Shown: positions 62,820 through 64,000 of the stretch, piece after piece
Numbering within the stretch: the stretch's first letter is position 1
How the letters are laid out: each line of letters starts with the position of its first letter
Assembly (NCBI RefSeq): GCF_009914755.1
Contig: NC_060942.1
Direction: 5' to 3' (one strand)
DNA: 64,000 nt
From: the human T2T-CHM13v2.0 reference genome, Homo sapiens
The notes under the pieces: generated by a model
What the model was told of the DNA's origin: nothing
Database searches by the model: none
The model's input: the letters and a program-made list of their open reading frames with translations, nothing else
Made by a program: the position numbers and the translations under genes

Positions 62820-64000
62820 ATGACGGGATCAAATTCACACATAACAATATTAACCTTAAGTGTAAATGGACTAAATGCTCCAATTAAAAGATATAGACTG
62901 GCAATTTGGATAAAGAGTCAAGACCCATCAGTGTGCTGTATTCAGGAGACCCATCTCATGTGCAGAGACATACTTAGGCTCAAAATAAAGGGATGGAGGA
63001 AGATCTACCAAGCAAATGGAAAGCAAAATAAAGCAGGGGTTGCAATCCTAGTCTCTGATAAAACAGACTTTAAGCCAACAAAGATCAAAAGAGACAACGA
63101 AGGTCATTTCATAATGGCAAAGGGATCAATTCAACAAGAAGAGCTAACTATCCTAAATAGATATGCACCCAATACAAGAGCACCCAGATTCATAAAGCAA
63201 GTCCTTAGATACCTACAAAGAGACTTAGACTCCCACACAATAATAATGGGAGATTTTCACACCCCACTGTCAATATTAGACAGATCAACAAGACAGAAGT
63301 TTAACAAGGATATCCAGGACTTGAACTCAGCTCTGCACCAAGAAGACCTAACAGACATCTACAGAACTCTCCACCCTAAATCAACAGAATATACATTCTT
63401 CTCAGCACCACATCGCACTTATTCTAAAATTGACCACATAGTTGGAAGTAAAGCACTCCTCAGCAAATGTAAAAGAACAGAAATCACAACAAACTGTCTC
63501 TCAGACCACAGTGCAATCAAATTAGAACTCAGGATTAAGAAACTCACTCAAAACTGCACAACTACATGGAAACTGAACAACCTGCTCCTGAATGACTACT
63601 GGGTAAATAACGAAATGAAAGCAGAAATAAAGATGTTCTTTGAAACCAATGAGAACAAAGACACAACATACCAGAATCTCTGGGACACATTTAAAGCAGT
63701 GTATAGAGGGAAATTTATAGCACTAAATGCCCACAAGAGAAAGCAGGAAAGATCTAAAATTGACACCCTAACATCACAATTCAAAGAACTAGAGAAGCAA
63801 GAGCAAATACATTCAAAAGCTAGCAGAAGGCAAGAAATAACTAAGATCAAAGCAGAACTGAAGGAGATAGAGACACAAAAAACCCTTCAAAAAATCAACA
63901 AATCCAGGAGCTGGTTTTTTGAAACGATCAACAAAATTGATAGACCGCTAGCAAAACCAATAAAGAAAAAAAAGAGAGAAGAATCAAATAGATGCAATAA
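62820..64000 (+). pseudogene. L1 ORF2p N-terminus (APE endonuclease domain plus linker), open for about 380 codons then a +1 frameshift
   Basis: Manual translation shows no stop from 62820 to the window end; 8 A rather than the expected 7 at 63966-63973 shifts the frame; CIQE43, GD145, ID205H and SDH230 motifs present. Confidence 0.85.

Larger units (their letters stand above)
61253..64000 (+). mobile_element. 5'-truncated primate L1PA (about L1PA6/7): partial 5'UTR, ORF1, start of ORF2
   Basis: ORF1 ATG 61731 to TAA 62756, 63-bp inter-ORF spacer, ORF2 ATG 62820 ([13 protein letters not shown]...); runs off the window. Confidence 0.95.

Overview
Primate (apparently human) genomic DNA. The whole window is the interior of ST8SIA5 (alpha-2,8-sialyltransferase 5, GT29 family) on the minus strand. 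I read five core coding exons directly from the sequence (23151-23243, 10745-10831, 7349-7493, 4747-4859, 545-637); all have GT-AG boundaries and splice in frame through sialylmotif L. A 108-nt in-frame cassette exon (39970-40077) adds 36 aa to the stem. The first and last exons lie outside the window. The introns hold a processed RPS21 pseudogene interrupted by an Alu, about 26 Alus, MaLR/ERVL LTRs, hAT and mariner relics, old L1/L2/MIR fragments, several tandem repeats, and a 5'-truncated L1PA running off the right edge. I found no credible novel gene system. The best leads are splicing architecture (symmetric stem exons, a latent donor, a re-created AG|GT junction) and repeat micro-evolution. 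Repeat subfamily names come from remembered consensus sequences and repeat boundaries are approximate.
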